Assembly (NCBI GenBank): GCA_973895155.1
Contig: OZ316894.1
Location: 16,600,216 to 16,664,215, forward strand
Origin: Marsupella aquatica
Lineage: Eukaryota; Plantae; Marchantiophyta
Direction of reading: 5' to 3'
DNA: 64,000 bases
Of the stretch, positions 37,001 to 49,528 are shown piece by piece. A program made the translations under genes and the position numbers. The notes below the pieces were generated by a model that saw only the letters and a program-made list of their open reading frames with translations, made no database searches and was not told the origin of the DNA. The stretch's first letter is position 1. The number at the start of each line of letters is the position of its first letter.

Positions 37001-40000
37001 CAGGCTAGTCAGAAATAATGGGGGAGGCTTAGTAATACATTTGGCTGCATTTCGTAGAAGTATCTGACGCTCCATCTTCAAGGTAGCATGTCTAGTTTCT
37101 TGATTGGCATTTTAGTTCCAGACGTGCCTTAAGTAAATGAACCTCACAGGAATTGAGAGGAGTTTGTTGCATGCTTTTTGAAGAGAAGTACTTGCTGAAA
37201 GGAAATTTGATCTACAGTATGCAGCAAGGGAGGCTGAGATTGTCGCCCAAGCAGGACGGAAATGTGCCATTATGATTGCGACCAACATGGCGGGAAGAGG
37301 GACTGACATCATTCTGGGTGGGAACCCAGAAGTAAGTATATATGGACTGCTGAAAGGCTTAGCTTCGTTTTTAAGTTGCAACAGTTTGTTCTCCCGGAGG
37401 CTGTGTGCGATGAACAATTGTTTTCCTATGGTTTCACACTCTGAGCAGGACGATTTAATTGTGTAGATGCTTGCCAAGGAGATCATTGATGAGAGTTTGC
37501 TGGGTTACATGACCAATGAGGCCCCAAATATTGATACAGATGGGGCTCCACTTTCCCACATGGTAAGGCTCGAACAATACTGTACGTGCTTCAATTTCAA
37601 AAATGCAACGACCTAAGCATAAAGAGATTGTCCAGCTGACACTAGAGTGAGACAGGACTTATTTTGGGGAATGGTCTAATTATGTGACATTGATGGCAGG
37701 CACTTTCTAAAATAAAACAAAGTTCGACGTCAGTAGCACGAATCACTAGAGCTAGAGTTGCAGGTATACACGTCATGCTGATCCCTTCCTACTAAATTTA
37801 CAGTCCCACGGTACCGCTGTCGTTGGAGCCTGGTGTATGAGTTTCCGGTGTTGCATATCAGTAGCAGGCTTTTGCTTGAATGGTGGTAGTTGCTACCAGT
37901 ATTATGGCCTCACTATTTTCCACCTACCTCCCTGTTCAAATTTGTGCAGTGACATTTCTTGGTGGAACAAGTGCAAAGAATGCGAGCTATCGGGAGGCAA
38001 AGGCCACGTTAGAGTCTGCGATAGGTCTGTGTTCAATAGAACGTGAGGAAGACTTGGAGCAGATTGCCCGCGGTCCAGGGTCAGGAATTGACATGGCAGG
38101 TGCAAGCATAGCACTTGCATTCCTATCAATTTTACGCGATTGTCAAGTCCACTGCCTAGAAGAAGGGGCTGAAGTGAAGAGGTTAGGTGGCCTTCATGTC
38201 ATAGGGACAGCATTACACGAGTCACGGCGAGTTGACAATCAGGTACTCCAGGGCTTCTGATTTATTGCAACAGGTGCAATCCATCCTATTATATCTAAGT
38301 TGACGATAAGATGCATTAAAAAGATCAAACACATCACTTGGATGTAATGAGTGTCATCCGTTTATTTTCTAGCTGAAAGTTTTCTTCACCGTTGTTGATG
38401 GTGTTATTTGGTGTCGTAATAAGTTGTATCCAAGTCGATTTCATTATCAATGCATCAAGGTGGATTTTCTCATTATCTGCAACGGTTGCCTGGGCAATTC
38501 TCCATGTAGCGACAACTGTTGTGTAAGCTTGAAGTCTTATCCCAGCATGCTAAGATAGAGAATTTTGCAGTTGCGAGGAAGAGCTGGAAGGCAAGGCGAT
38601 CCTGGTTCAACAAGATTCATGATCAGGTATTTGTACGTGCATCTTATGTTACTCGACGCCTGCTGTGTTAAAATGATGAAGAGAAAGGTATCGGTATTGT
38701 ATAAGTCTGCAAGAGATTTGTGTTCTTCGTCTACTATGGCTAGAGACTGGACACAATGTGACTGTATGCAACTAACACATATGTAAGTGGCAGCCTGCAG
38801 GATGAAATGTTTCGGAAGTTTAATGCAGAGTGGGCTTCGAATTTAATAAGCAGACTAGGGCTTGATGAAACTCTTCCAATTGAAAATCGCTCGTTTGCAA
38901 ACAGGGTATGTCAATATGGCTTTTAATGCCACGTCTATTTGAAATTGTTGCTGTATTCGTTTGTTTGTGTCTTCAAGACATACTCTCGTATTTTAATCAA
39001 ACTTTGCTATTAACGTAGCATCTCTTTGAAGGTTGCAATAATGAGAGTGAATTGTAAAGACAGTCTTCCTCCACTCCAAGGAACACCACCGAACGGGGAT
39101 TAAAGGGAGAATCACCGAAGAATTATGCCACACTTAAGTCGAGAATGTCTGCTGAAACTAGAACGATGGCATTTCTTTGATGCACTGGTGCAGTTACTCG
39201 ATTTACAAAAAGCAGCGGAACGATATTACTTTGGCATTCGGAAAAGTCTGGTGGAGTACGATGAAGTGATGGAGGTTTGTAAAATCATTTCATTTGTTTG
39301 AAACTCTCTTCTAGTTTTCAAAGGTAGCTGTAGGACAAAGGGCTTTTCCTCGCTTTTCATTTGATTTTCAGTTGCGAGATTATTGCGGACTGCTGCCTTC
39401 ATGTGAATGTTGTCCCACCAAAGACGTTGAGGGTTGGCCGTTTCCAGCACTGTCAGCCCTTTCATGAATCCGTTTACCACAAAGCTTGTAGGAATAAATT
39501 CTAGCAAGCAATTATTATGATCTGTTTCAGCCACTATATTCGGGATGTAATATCGGCCTGACTAGTAACATTTTTACACTCACTGTGGTTGAAAGTGAAC
39601 CCAAGTCGGCTCTTATGTAATTGAAACAAATCTCTCATTGATCACCATTAGATTGAAATTGCAAATTGATTCGAACACTCATAAGACTTCACTGGGGGTT
39701 TATATTAGGGATGGTATGCCGAATCGTCCATGAGTTTGAGATGAGAGATCACTTGTTGGACCAAAGTTTGGAACTTTAACGGCCGTCTTGACAACAACCT
39801 GAGAAGGACTTCTATTTGTACTTTCAGGTGCAGAGGAAACATGTTTACAGTCTCAGGCAGGCGTTATTACTCAATAATGCTGAGTTATGCCAACAACGTC
39901 TTTGCCAGTAAGAATCTTTTCTCTCTGACCCTAGTAATAATAGGCTTCATTAATGCATTGATAGATTTTATTGGTTTGACTTCTGGATCTGGGTGTCGTT

Positions 40001-42274
40001 TTCGTTAAGGATTGCACCAGGTATGTAGTGAATGGAAATTTTGGTCTGATTAATCTCGAGGATAGTTCCTTTGAAACATAACAGTAGGAGCAGAATAATT
40101 TGTTGGTTTGAAGAGATGAGCAGAAAACACGTCATGAAATTATATTTTGGAACTGCTTTCATTTACACGGGTGACTCACTGAGATGGTCCATTAAGTTAA
40201 ATATGAATAATCTACAAATAACACGTGTTATTGAGCTTGAGTTATGCAAGAAATTCATTGAGGGACTTTCTGTGTCATAAGCATTTGATGTGGGACGCAA
40301 TTACTTCCGTGGTGCTACTTGGGCTACTGTAACTTCACTGAAATATTGTCCGTATGGTACCTAAGAAGATGTCTTGTTTGGCAGGTACATGCAAGCTGTT
40401 GCTGACGATATGGTTCTCCCGTTCGTGAATCCTTCAAAGGTATCTTTTGTGGTATTTCTCCAATGCAGTTGAGCGTTGTGTCAAAAGTCGATCACGTTTC
40501 AATCTTCCATTCGATTCAACCGGATTTGTCCCCGTAACATTTCACTCATTCAGTGGACCTCGCTTTCATTATCCCAAAATCCAATCAACCCCAGGGTCGA
40601 ACCCGGGAAGTTGGAATTCTGAAATGGAAAGTGAATTTGGATTTCTGAAATGGAAAGTGAATCTAATGGGTACTGGCCATGTTCGAATCTTGTTAAGTGC
40701 AATGAAGAGTGCTCACTTACATCTTGTCTTATCGATGTGGTTGAGCAGCCACCCAAACTCTGGAGAATTGACTCGATACTTTCTGAGTTTCTGGAGCTTT
40801 GGGAGACGACATCAGAGGTCACCTTAAACTACTCTGCTTCTTCAGGTATTCTTACATGGGGAACGAAGCTTCAACCTTTAGTAGATAACTTGGATGTTTG
40901 TACTTCCCATTTTGACAATTATCAGGTTTCAATTCGTTACATTTATACCTGAAAGTCAACCACTCACGTTTTAGTCTCAAAACAACTGAAGCAGAATCTC
41001 ATTCATCCATCTTTAGATCGCCCTGTGTTATCATCACTGAACTGCAGCGCACCCTCGATGATTACGAAGATCACAACTCTTGGACCTAGCTTGCAAAATC
41101 TGAGTTACTCGGACCTTTACATACTCTGGTGTTGGTTTCTCTTCAGTTTACTGACAGATCCAGCAATAAATTACAGCTTTGGACCGGGCAATAGCACACA
41201 TACTCCCGCACATACTTCGTCAACTGTTTAGAAGCATTGAAACCAGTTGCAGGCATTTGATACTTAGAACTCTTTCCCACTAACGTGGACCGGTCTTCGT
41301 TCCAGTTATGCCCGTAAATGTTACGGTAGAGATGATTATCAACTATCTAGAGCTGGCACGCAAGGAGCAAAACCTTGGATTAGATGAATTGGTGCTGCCA
41401 GCTTATCCATTTGGTTTACGGAATAAAGCAAGTGCAATGAGGAGATGGCTCGAGATTACATCTGATGGATCAGTTCCGTAAGTGAAATTCTATATCGCTT
41501 ATCTTTGAAGTCTTTGTCAAGTAATGTTGTTCTACTTTCGTCTCTGGAGTATGTGTAATGTTCTATTCCGAAATTAAATCCTCGGAGGCCGAGTTAGGAC
41601 TTTGACTACATTCTGTCTATCGCAGTGCTGGCAAGTACCAAAGGGATGTCCATCTCTTGCGCAAGTACTTGGGGGATACACTGATTGCTACATATCAGGA
41701 AAAGTTGCAGCTGTCAGGCTTGTCCGGCCAAAAGATTGAGCAAATAGAGGTAAGCTTGTTGCTCGAAAATCTTGACCCAAAACTGTCCTTGGTATATCAT
41801 TTATCCACTTATTTCCATCTGAAATGGATATAAGGTCTGCATTCCTTCACAATCTGTTAACAGGATTTTTTTGAGAAAATGTTGCATTAAGAGCATGAGT
41901 TGGTTGGCTTGGTGATGCACAGAGGGTGCTGGCTTTGAAGGCACTTGATAACTATTGGAGGGACCATCTCATCAACATGAATCGGCTAAGAGCAGCTGTA
42001 CGTTGCTTCTTCTGTTTTTTATCGTTAATTCGCATGTAAATCTGGGCATCCTCAACTGAGCATGTCAACGACGTCTTAAAACCCCTCATTTGTGTTGTCA
42101 CAGGTAAATGTACGAAGTTTTGGGCACATGAATCCCCTGGAGGAGTATAAGATTGATGGATGCCGGTTTTTTATTGCCATGCTGAGTGCTGCACGTCGTT
42201 TGACTGTAGAATCACTACTCCAGCCTTGGGTACCCATGGATGAATTATCGGACATAGACTACGACTTTGTCTAA
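31019..42274 (+). CDS. SECA2: Plastid preprotein translocase ATPase SECA2, many short exons (~25-30)
   Basis: Transit-peptide exon 31019-31321. SecA motifs [50 protein letters not shown] and [25 protein letters not shown]2-type NHWVVRDYY and [30 protein letters not shown] in the last exon (42104-42274). Confidence 0.92.
31811..31939. repeat. 43-bp intronic tandem repeat (2.6 copies) with inverted terminal segment
   Basis: CTTTCATTCAATC.TCTATGAGTCATGATTGACATACCTGATT at 31811, 31854 and 31897, followed by the inverted GATGATTGAATGAAAGAAT (31921-31939). Confidence 0.9.
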
Positions 42275-44110
42275 CCCATCAGTTGTTCATGAAGTATTTA
42301 CATCGCACAGCGAGTGGTAGTCCCTATTTGTAGATCATGGGCCACGTGGGTTCTACCACACATGTATTTATTGTTGGCCTCGCAATCCTCTGACAAGTCA
42401 TTGATGAACTCTTTTTCCAATACATGCTTGCAAGCGTATTATAATGAAGATACCTCCTACACACTGTTTCTGTGCAAAGCGGCCTTTTCTCAGAATTGAG
42501 CTGTCAAGGGCTCAAAGGCTCTTTGTGTAAAAAACAAAATGTAGATTGCCGTGATGCAGAAAATCCTCCCTTGCAGAGATGCAAGCTGTACTTTGCCTCG
42601 AGGACAGCAGGTACAGTAGGAAGGACAAAATGGCCAACTAGAAAGGATCAAAAATATGCCTACAGTACAGGTATCCAATGTGATTTCTAACCAGGTAGAT
42701 CTTTGAAGATTGAATTCAAGGGAAGGTCTTAACTTCAGGTAAATCCAGCTCATTGAAAACTCAGCTGTTTTGTTGAGTGGAGCACTGCTCCACAATAATA
42801 TCTTTGAATACTTTCCAGCATTTATTTACGAGTTAAGTCTGCATCTTTGCATGTCAGAAGTGCATCGGAGGTCATTGTTGGTCATTGTTCAACTGATGTA
42901 CAATTAATTATGGTCAGATTGTATTTCATGTAAATCCAGCACTGCTTGGATCGTGCAGACCTTTTTAGTTGAGACATACCAGAGTAGTAAGTTTGACTCC
43001 AACTTGAAATCTTGGACAGCGTGCCAGTACAGATGTTCACCAGAGACTTGGGCTATTCAGATTCCATTCACTTCTATTGCTGAGAGATATTAGGCTCGTG
43101 GCTATTTTGGAGCCAATTTGGATCGTGAGTATTTTGCATCATTGTATCAGATGTCAACAAGCCACGAGTCTAATTTTAAAGGGTTGAGGCATCATTGGTT
43201 TATATATACCAACGTAACAATTGTTTAAAATCTATCTTCGCTGTTGCTCTAAAATTGAACTGTGGTAATGATTAGTATAGCATTGGTGATTGGCTTGACG
43301 AGAAATCTGGCGAGGCTTCCCTCATTATATCGGCCTTTAAGAGAAGCCTTCTGTTAATTTGCATATGGATGTACATAAGGGTTGAGATTAAAGGTCATGA
43401 TCTAACACATAAAGCAAAACAAACGTTCCAACACGTTGGCGTATAGCTCACGTCAATACAATATCTGATTTAATAACTTCTAGATGGATGAAAGACTCTC
43501 AAACATGCCTCAGAGTGTGTGAATCTCAGGTATGCTTTTTGATTCAAAACAAGAAGAAACAATCTAGGACTGGAACGTTGGTTCCACAAGACGACTCAGC
43601 ATTTTATGATATGCAAAGATCAAGCCATTGGCACTCTTTGTGGGCACAAATGTCACTTGAAATGACAATGATAACAAAGGAGAGTGTAACTACACAAATA
43701 AAGTGTACAATCGGTACACTCAGAGAATTATTGCCAAAAGTTCCTTTGAGCCTAGGCAAAGACCACCATCTCAATGTGAGAACTGCTACATACTATGCAG
43801 CACGTACTACGTTTTCACAAGTTGAGTAGGTGCATCAACTTATCCTTAAATTCCAATGGCGAATTTTCTGCATAGCTGTTGGTTCCACCAAAGCACTAAT
43901 TTGACGTGATGGATAGGGTACTCAGGTTCTCCGAATAGATTGCACGCCATTAGTAGGCGAAGGGAAAAGTTAACTAGGTAACCCTTAGTTGTGAAGCTTT
44001 CGAGGAGGTATTGAACTTTTCCAAAATCTCTTTTTCTTTTTCATTGCCCTGCACACCTGTAAACCTGAATTGTGAAGCTTGTTGCAATAGGTTGATCAGG
44101 ATTGAAGAGG

Positions 44111-44767
44111 TCATCTTTTCTTAGAAACTTGGGCCTCTTCATGCTTGGCATGCTTTGCTTTATCCCTGGCTGCTTTTAACAAATCCTCTGCCTTGTCCCA
44201 AGCTTGTTTGTTCACCTCGTCCGCTTCTTTCATCAGCTGAGCTGCTTTTCCCTTGGCCTCTTTCTTCAAGACAGCGGCAGCCGCCTTGGCAATACCCAAT
44301 TCCTGCTCAGCTTGCCTCAGCAATTCTTTGGCTTGTTGCCTCTCTTCCCATAATCTTGCTTTCGCTTGCAGCTTTTCTTCTCTGATCTGCAATTGCGCTG
44401 CATACTCCTTTTGTTTCTTCTCGAAGGCTGCCTTCAAGTGTTCTTTGAATTGAATGTCTTTTTGTTTTCTTGCTTCCTCTTTGGCTGCTCTCTTCTCCTT
44501 TTCCCTTTGTTCTCTCGCTGCTTTTTGGTCCATCAAAGCTTGAGCCCTCATAGCAGCCCTTGCTTGCTTCAATTGCTCCTTTGTCATGGATTCGTGTCCG
44601 GCAGGACCTTCTGAAGCGGTAAAATAGCCCGATCGACTTCCTTCTGCATCATCTCCCCTAGGGGTTGCCGGTTTACTACGAGCCCTCCTTGGGCTGTTGT
44701 TTCTGCTTCGCCTCGGCGTACTACCCGTGCTACCCCCCTTCTTGGGAGTTTTCTTTCGTCTAAACAT
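44111..44767 (-). CDS. Basic, disordered N-terminus plus long coiled coil; remorin-like, probably with an additional 3' exon near 43850-44048
   Basis: 218-aa ATG-initiated ORF rich in K/E/A/Q heptads; KARLWEERQQAK resembles the remorin C-domain (AWEE..KAK); possible donor GCCCAA|GTTTCT and downstream CAG acceptors. Confidence 0.6.
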   Translation of the reverse strand: MFRRKKTPKKGGSTGSTPRRSRNNSPRRARSKPATPRGDDAEGSRSGYFTASEGPAGHESMTKEQLKQARAAMRAQALMDQKAAREQREKEKRAAKEEARKQKDIQFKEHLKAAFEKKQKEYAAQLQIREEKLQAKARLWEERQQAKELLRQAEQELGIAKAAAAVLKKEAKGKAAQLMKEADEVNKQAWDKAEDLLKAARDKAKHAKHEEAQVSKKR

Positions 44768-45638
44768 TCTGTTGCATTTACAAACAATTCATCAAGACGT
44801 GATCCACTCTCTCATTCACTACCCCACAGAACTTTAGGCACATGGATAGTCTCGTTGCGAAACTGCATGTGAGAGAGAGTATGCCACCTCTTTCCCTACA
44901 TTGCAGATGTATCGATTCATATTGAGATTCCAAGCACTTGATCATTCGATAGTTGTGTAATGACTTCCTCACATTATTGTCGAGACAAGAGAGCGCAAGG
45001 TGCCACATTCAGATCTCATTGTCAAATTAGGGCTTCATGTTAAGAGGACAAAGCAACAATGTAATCCTTCGTGGAATCCGTTGTGCAATTGCTTTGGAGT
45101 CAGTCCCGATTTCTTTCGTGGAAGCCATGGAACTCATCTGGTCATGGCACCTATCCGAACTCAAGTCATTGTGCCAAGAATTTGCACCGCCTCATATGCA
45201 AATTAAGGAATCCAAAGCCATGGAACTGATCTGTTCATTGCATCAATCCATGCAGACTCAAAGTCTTAGAAGGAATCCGTATTCGCATCACATACAATGA
45301 ATCGACGTCTGTAAGACTCAATGTCATCGACGTTTTGCTTTCCGTTCATCAATGGTGAAGATTGGAGACATTGATTTCTAAATGTCCATCTACACAAGTC
45401 AGACCTGAATGAAATTGAATTTGTTTTTTCGAGGCAAAAAAGTCAGAATGAATGAAATGTAAGGGCGACAATTGCCATAGAGGGCAAGGCCATCACCCTG
45501 CAGAGGCTACATTTCCCATGTTGTTGGATTCCTCAATGTGCTGACATTGTTGGCCAAGCATAAGGCTCAATAGTGAGATTCAGGCTTTAAAGTTTGAATG
45601 ACCCTATCAAGAGAATGTTAGGCTTTAAAAATTCAATA

Positions 45639-45891
45639 GGGTGTGTCAAAGCAGTGCTCCAGTGCCATTAAGTAAGGTCTTAATGGCTGTGACTTTCTGG
45701 ACGTCAGACACTTAAGGGGGCATGTATAGAGGTGTCAAAGCAGTGCCATAAACAAGGTCTTATTGCTGTGACTTTTTGGATCCTTAATTAAGGGGCATGG
45801 ATACAGGTAGCCTGGAAGGATTTTATGCTGGCCATAAAGTCATTCTATGTCCTTGGCAATACCTCACTTACTGCCCTGTTTTGACATGCCT
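45639..45891. mobile_element. Tourist-like MITE (~250 bp) with internal ~90-bp duplication
   Basis: Left GGTGTGTCAAAGCAGTGC versus right end reverse complement GGCATGTCAAAACAGGGC; flanked by ATA/TAA; GTGTCAAAGCAGTGC...AAGGTCTTA is repeated at ~45732. Confidence 0.55.
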
Positions 45892-47579
45892 TAATGGCTC
45901 CAACTAGAGAATGTCTCAAAATAGTAGTCACCTGTTAGAGATCATTGAGATGCCTTCCTCCTCCACCTCCAATTTGTGCCCAGTCCATTGGTCCAACCTT
46001 GCCCTCCACCTCCCATTCTTGCCCAAAAGGTGGGTCCAACCCCATGTGGAGAGCCATTGTTGTCTGGCACCAGGTGAGAAACAACGAAGAGGCATAGATA
46101 GGATTAGGTTTATGGATGGATTGTGGGGCAACCATGGATCTGGGGTGTGAAGATTGTGCCCCTTCGGAGTTAGTGTGAACTCAAGTCAAAAACTAGTACA
46201 ACACATAGCTCAGTAGGGCTTTAGTTCTTTTCCCTTTGTTGGCAACTCTCAACCTTTTTGGCAAAGCCTGGTCTTCTTGGGGTTTCCCTTTGTTTTCTCC
46301 TCTTTATTGTGTCTCCTGTATCTTGTTTGGCATGTTCTATTCTTTCACAGTGTGTTATAATACACATGGCTTCAAGAGTGTGCAAGATAATTATGATTTC
46401 TACTGCCATATAGATCATTAATTTGCATTTGCTCCTTAAATACCCCAATTCTTTTGAGTGATGTTTTTGCCTGCATGGACCTTACCCCTGACCCATGTAA
46501 TCTGGAGAGACCTAGAAGGCCTTACTGTCAAGAGGACAGGAAAAAGGCATCAGGTTGACTCCCTAACAGAGTTGGGGACTTCTTGAACCTGTCGCTATTG
46601 GCATTCATAACATTTCCAAATGTGATCCGAGTCAAGTGAAAAAGTGAAAATTGTTTTGGATGCCCTTTCTTGAGACGTTGAGTGGTTGCAGAGAAATCCA
46701 GCTCTAAATATGATCATCTATCAAAGATAACATAAATAAATAAATATTATTCTTTAAAATATGCTATCCAAGTAAAATGCTCGGAGACAGTCATCCCAGT
46801 TGCCAAAGTTCAAGCGGATCAGTAAACCTTCAGACCTGCCTGGGCATCATTTTCCTTTAAAAGTACATTTAGAATTGTGCAATTTATCATGCTGCTATGG
46901 AAACTAATCTGTCAGTGAGATAAATAGCAATAGTTCTTACTTTCAAAAGCAGATTAGTAAATGCCGTTACTTTTCTGGCAGCGCAATAAATCTCAGTTTA
47001 GAATTTATGTGCCAATCATAACAAAAGAAATCCATTGTCCAGTTTGGATATACAACATCTTGTGACTTGTTCTGTGGGCAATTAAAGCCAATAAAGTAAC
47101 TACTGTAGTAACTCAACATCCAAGGGGTTAAAGTAACTATACATATTGTGTAAACAAATCACTCAGGGTGTAAACTCATGCTCCACTAATTTTTGCAATG
47201 GACCCATAGAGACTTGACAACCAATGCTCCAATAATTCTAGTAGGGCCAGTGCTCCAAGAATTTTAGCATCTGACTCAGGCTTGGCTAATTTCAGCCAAG
47301 AACCAATCCTCGGCTAATTTTATTTTAGCAGCTGACCCATGCTTGACACATGTGAGATTGTAGGGGTTACGAGATAATACATTGAGAACCCTTTCATTTT
47401 TATAATACGTTTCAAGCCCTTTCATTTTTGATTGGATGGCAATATAGCAATTGTTCCCTTTTTCTTTTTTGGTTAGTTTTCCATGTTGCATTTGACTCTT
47501 TTTTATGTTTGGTGTTTGTCCTCTTTGGGCCTCATTTGCTTTTCTGTTTATTGTACTAAATTCATCCCTTTTACATTAA

Positions 47580-47803
47580 CAGATTTTAATTATATTGCCA
47601 CTCAAGATGTTCCAATTTATGATAGTGTAATTGTTTTTATAGTATTTAGGAATATGCCACAATGTTAGTCTTTGGTTACCCTAGCTCCAACGGTGAACTT
47701 GTTGTCCCTATACAAAACCTTAGCATATTTGTAAATACAAAAACTTATTGTGGTAGTATTGTCAATTGAAACAAATTTAGTGGCTAAAGTAGTCAAAAAG
47801 TTT
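47580..47803. mobile_element. ~220 bp fold-back element, copy B
   Basis: Arm ending GGTTACCC (47681), 10-nt loop, arm starting GGTGAACTTG (47692); the arms are reverse-complementary and homologous to copies A and C. Confidence 0.65.
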
Positions 47804-48002
47804 TTCTTTTTATAAATTATGGTTATTCCAAAGAAAATGGTGAGATGGAAACGAAGAAAGAAAAAGGAATAAATACAAAAATATATTGTGGTAGTATTGT
47901 CAATTGAAACATATTCATTGGTGGCAAAAGTAGTGAAAAAAATCTATAAATTATGGTTTTTCCAAAAAGAAATGGTGAGATGGAAAAGAAGAAGGAAAAA
48001 GG
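47732..48002. repeat. ~138-bp tandem duplication overlapping the right arm of fold-back copy B
   Basis: TAAATACAAAAA..TATTGTGGTAGTATTGTCAATTGAAACA...AATGGTGAGATGGAAA occurs twice (~47732 and ~47870). Confidence 0.85.
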
Positions 48003-49528
48003 GGAAAACAATGGCCAAGGAGGAAATGAGGAAACCCTATTTTTCTTCCAAGACAAGGAGACGGAAATGTCAACACCCAGTACCCTACCGCTCGAAGTCA
48101 ACTTATCAAAGACCCCCATGCCAAGAAGGATCCGATTATCTGAAAACGGAGCCAGGAGGTCCTGTAGCGACGCCATAAATCTTGAAGGCACGAAAGAGGA
48201 AGCAATGACGATGATCGAAGATCGAAGATTCGAAGGCTTTCAGCTCATGAACGATAATTGACTCTTGACCCATAAGCGTGTCGTCAGCACTCCAATGTCC
48301 GGTTTCCGAATTTAATTTGTCTTTGATGGGATCCGCCATCGATGCGTAGAGGATATCATTCTGCCCTGCCTTGCTTTCCGACTTCCGTTGGATTGATTTC
48401 CGGAGAAACACGATCGCTCAATTGAAGCAGCTGCCGTGTAGAAGACCTGCGCCACGCAATTTTAAGCCATGGGCGTTCCCTCGCCTGTAAGAGCTCTATG
48501 GCCCGCTTTCCTTTCCTTGCCTTTGATGACGTTGCCAGCTCTGCTGCTTTGAACCGTAGCCACAATACTGATGTGTGGAGTGTCCCGCCGAATGAAATTG
48601 AATTGTTGCCGTCCCCCGTCAAGCTAGCGTTGCTTAAGTCCGTCCACAATCTCGTGCGGTCTCAGATCCGCTGATTTTTTCTCGTGCTTCTCGAGAGTGT
48701 TGGTGACCTTGTCAGCTCAATTTGTCCGGAGAGACAAATTTTGGGTCCACATGTGTCTTTTGGAACGTCTTCGTCATTTCTAATTTAATTGACTGGTTGA
48801 TCAAAGGTCGTTTTGTTGAGACCCTGTCTTTCTTCTTTTTTGAGTACCATCTGCAACTTCAAGTAGGGTTGATTGGAGACGGGGATGGTCTTTCCATTTC
48901 TACATACGTACTCTTCAATTACGTGGGTCGACGTTGTTGCATCCTGTTTTCTTGAACGTTCGCTCTTCCGAGGGCTGCCGTGCCGATCGTAACTTACTTG
49001 ATTCATTATGCCATGTTTCAAAGTATTCTGGATTTCTCACAAGCAGTCCAACATTTTGCGCATTTCTATGTGCTATCACTTTATGTCCATTAGTTTAGGG
49101 TTCAGTTCTGCTATGGCAGAAATTTCTGGCGGGCTGCAAGGGTTCCTCAATTTTAAGTTAGCCCTTCCCCTGAAGCATCATAGCCCCAGCTTCATTTCTC
49201 TGGTTACCAAGCTCAACTGGTGAATTGGGCGACGTTTTCTCACGTTCACGTCAGCAGGTAGTGTGTTTTGGCCTTCATGAGGTGCACACAGTATTCCACT
49301 GAAGTCAACCTTACTTTGGTTGTTAGCAGTGGGCGTGTTCTCTTCATAGTAACAATGCTATATCTCAACTGCGTGAGCATTGTTCCTCGGCGAAGTCTGC
49401 TGTTGCATGTCTGATTAGGGGCTGTTGCTTATGCAGTAGTGAACAACTTCTTTACTTGTTATTGTCTAGTCCAGACTTTTGTTGATCTTGTTCCAGAGAA
49501 TTGCCTTAGGGAAGCTATTTATTGTACC

